NCBI RefSeq assembly: GCF_964194025.1
Contig: NC_134473.1
Span: 35,774,001 to 35,838,000, forward strand
Reading direction: 5' to 3'
Length of the DNA stretch: 64,000 bases
Source of the DNA: Convolutriloba macropyga
Lineage: Eukaryota
The notes below the pieces were generated by a model that did no database searches, was not told where the DNA came from, and was given only the letters and a program-made list of their open reading frames with translations. A program made the position numbers and the translations under genes. Positions 63,290-64,000 of the stretch are shown in pieces. Each line of letters starts with the position of its first letter. Position 1 is the stretch's first letter.

Positions 63290-64000
63290 ACTGTCGAAAC
63301 ATCAACTAATAATGAATAACCAAAATAATCACTCAATTTGACTTCAAAAGTTATCAAAATGTGTATTTGCATATTTAATAAAATATAACAGGAAAACCCC
63401 TGAGCTAAAATTCAAAGCAATTCGATGTACAAAACAAATTAAATATGATTAGGAAAGAATTTAAAAACGACACAAACACTCCAAGAAACCAAGAAACTAT
63501 AAAGAAAACAAATCGCCTCTAGTTTGCAAAACCTGTAGATTGTCAGAAAATAGCCACCTTTGACCCCACAGTCTTCCCTTGAGACTGAAACAGCAAGATC
63601 AATCGTGAATTAGATGGTGAATTCAGCCTTTTAATTGGAGGACAGTAAGCTTAATATTTATACAAATCAGCAGTACAGTTTCAGTAATTTTGATAATTTA
63701 TATTTGATAATATAATATCCCGTTTCTTTTGAGTCCGCTTTTTGACCTTCGAGGTAATTGCATATTATTTCTAAGTGAACTTAAATTTCCATTTAATTGG
63801 AAGTGAGAAGTCAAACGTGCAAGTCGTGAGTTTTGTAAAAAAAAATGAGAAAACAGTAAAAACAGAGGTCAAAAAATCACAATGGAGAAAGCGACCGTTT
63901 GTTTAAGAGTTCAACAACTTTTTTCTCTGTACATTAAAATAAGAACCGCAAAACCATTCGCTTTTTCGCTCCACTTCCTGTTCCGGGACAAAAATCATGG

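Overview
AT-rich animal (metazoan) genomic DNA with GT-AG introns; nothing here is prokaryotic. Three host genes lie on the minus strand. DPYD contributes its last five exons (50379->31809; its 5' part lies beyond the right edge). ASCC2 has two coding exons (26095->20592). A DZIP1/DZIP1L-like ciliary gene starts at 17406 and has at least six exons running leftward; a probable further 108-nt exon is duplicated by a 1.9-kb tandem amplification. The most notable object is a 9.9-kb Ty3/Gypsy LTR retroelement (53395-63289, minus strand, LTRs ~98% identical, ORFs now decayed) inside a DPYD intron. Its pol carries an in-frame TARG1/OARD1-type ADP-ribose-hydrolase macrodomain between protease and RT. 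It also has a chuvirus/herpes-gB-like envelope remnant, candidate spliced accessory ORFs and hairpin-packed LTRs, so it resembles a complex endogenous retrovirus with a candidate anti-ADP-ribosylation module. Introns and intergenic DNA are dominated by at least three families of Helentron/DINE-1-like non-autonomous rolling-circle elements, and every copy I found points the same way. There are also Merlin-like MITEs with 8-bp TSDs, a 5'-truncated CRE-clade LINE and several minisatellites, one built from RFX X-box-like motifs. All homology calls are by-eye motif recognition; no database search was run.
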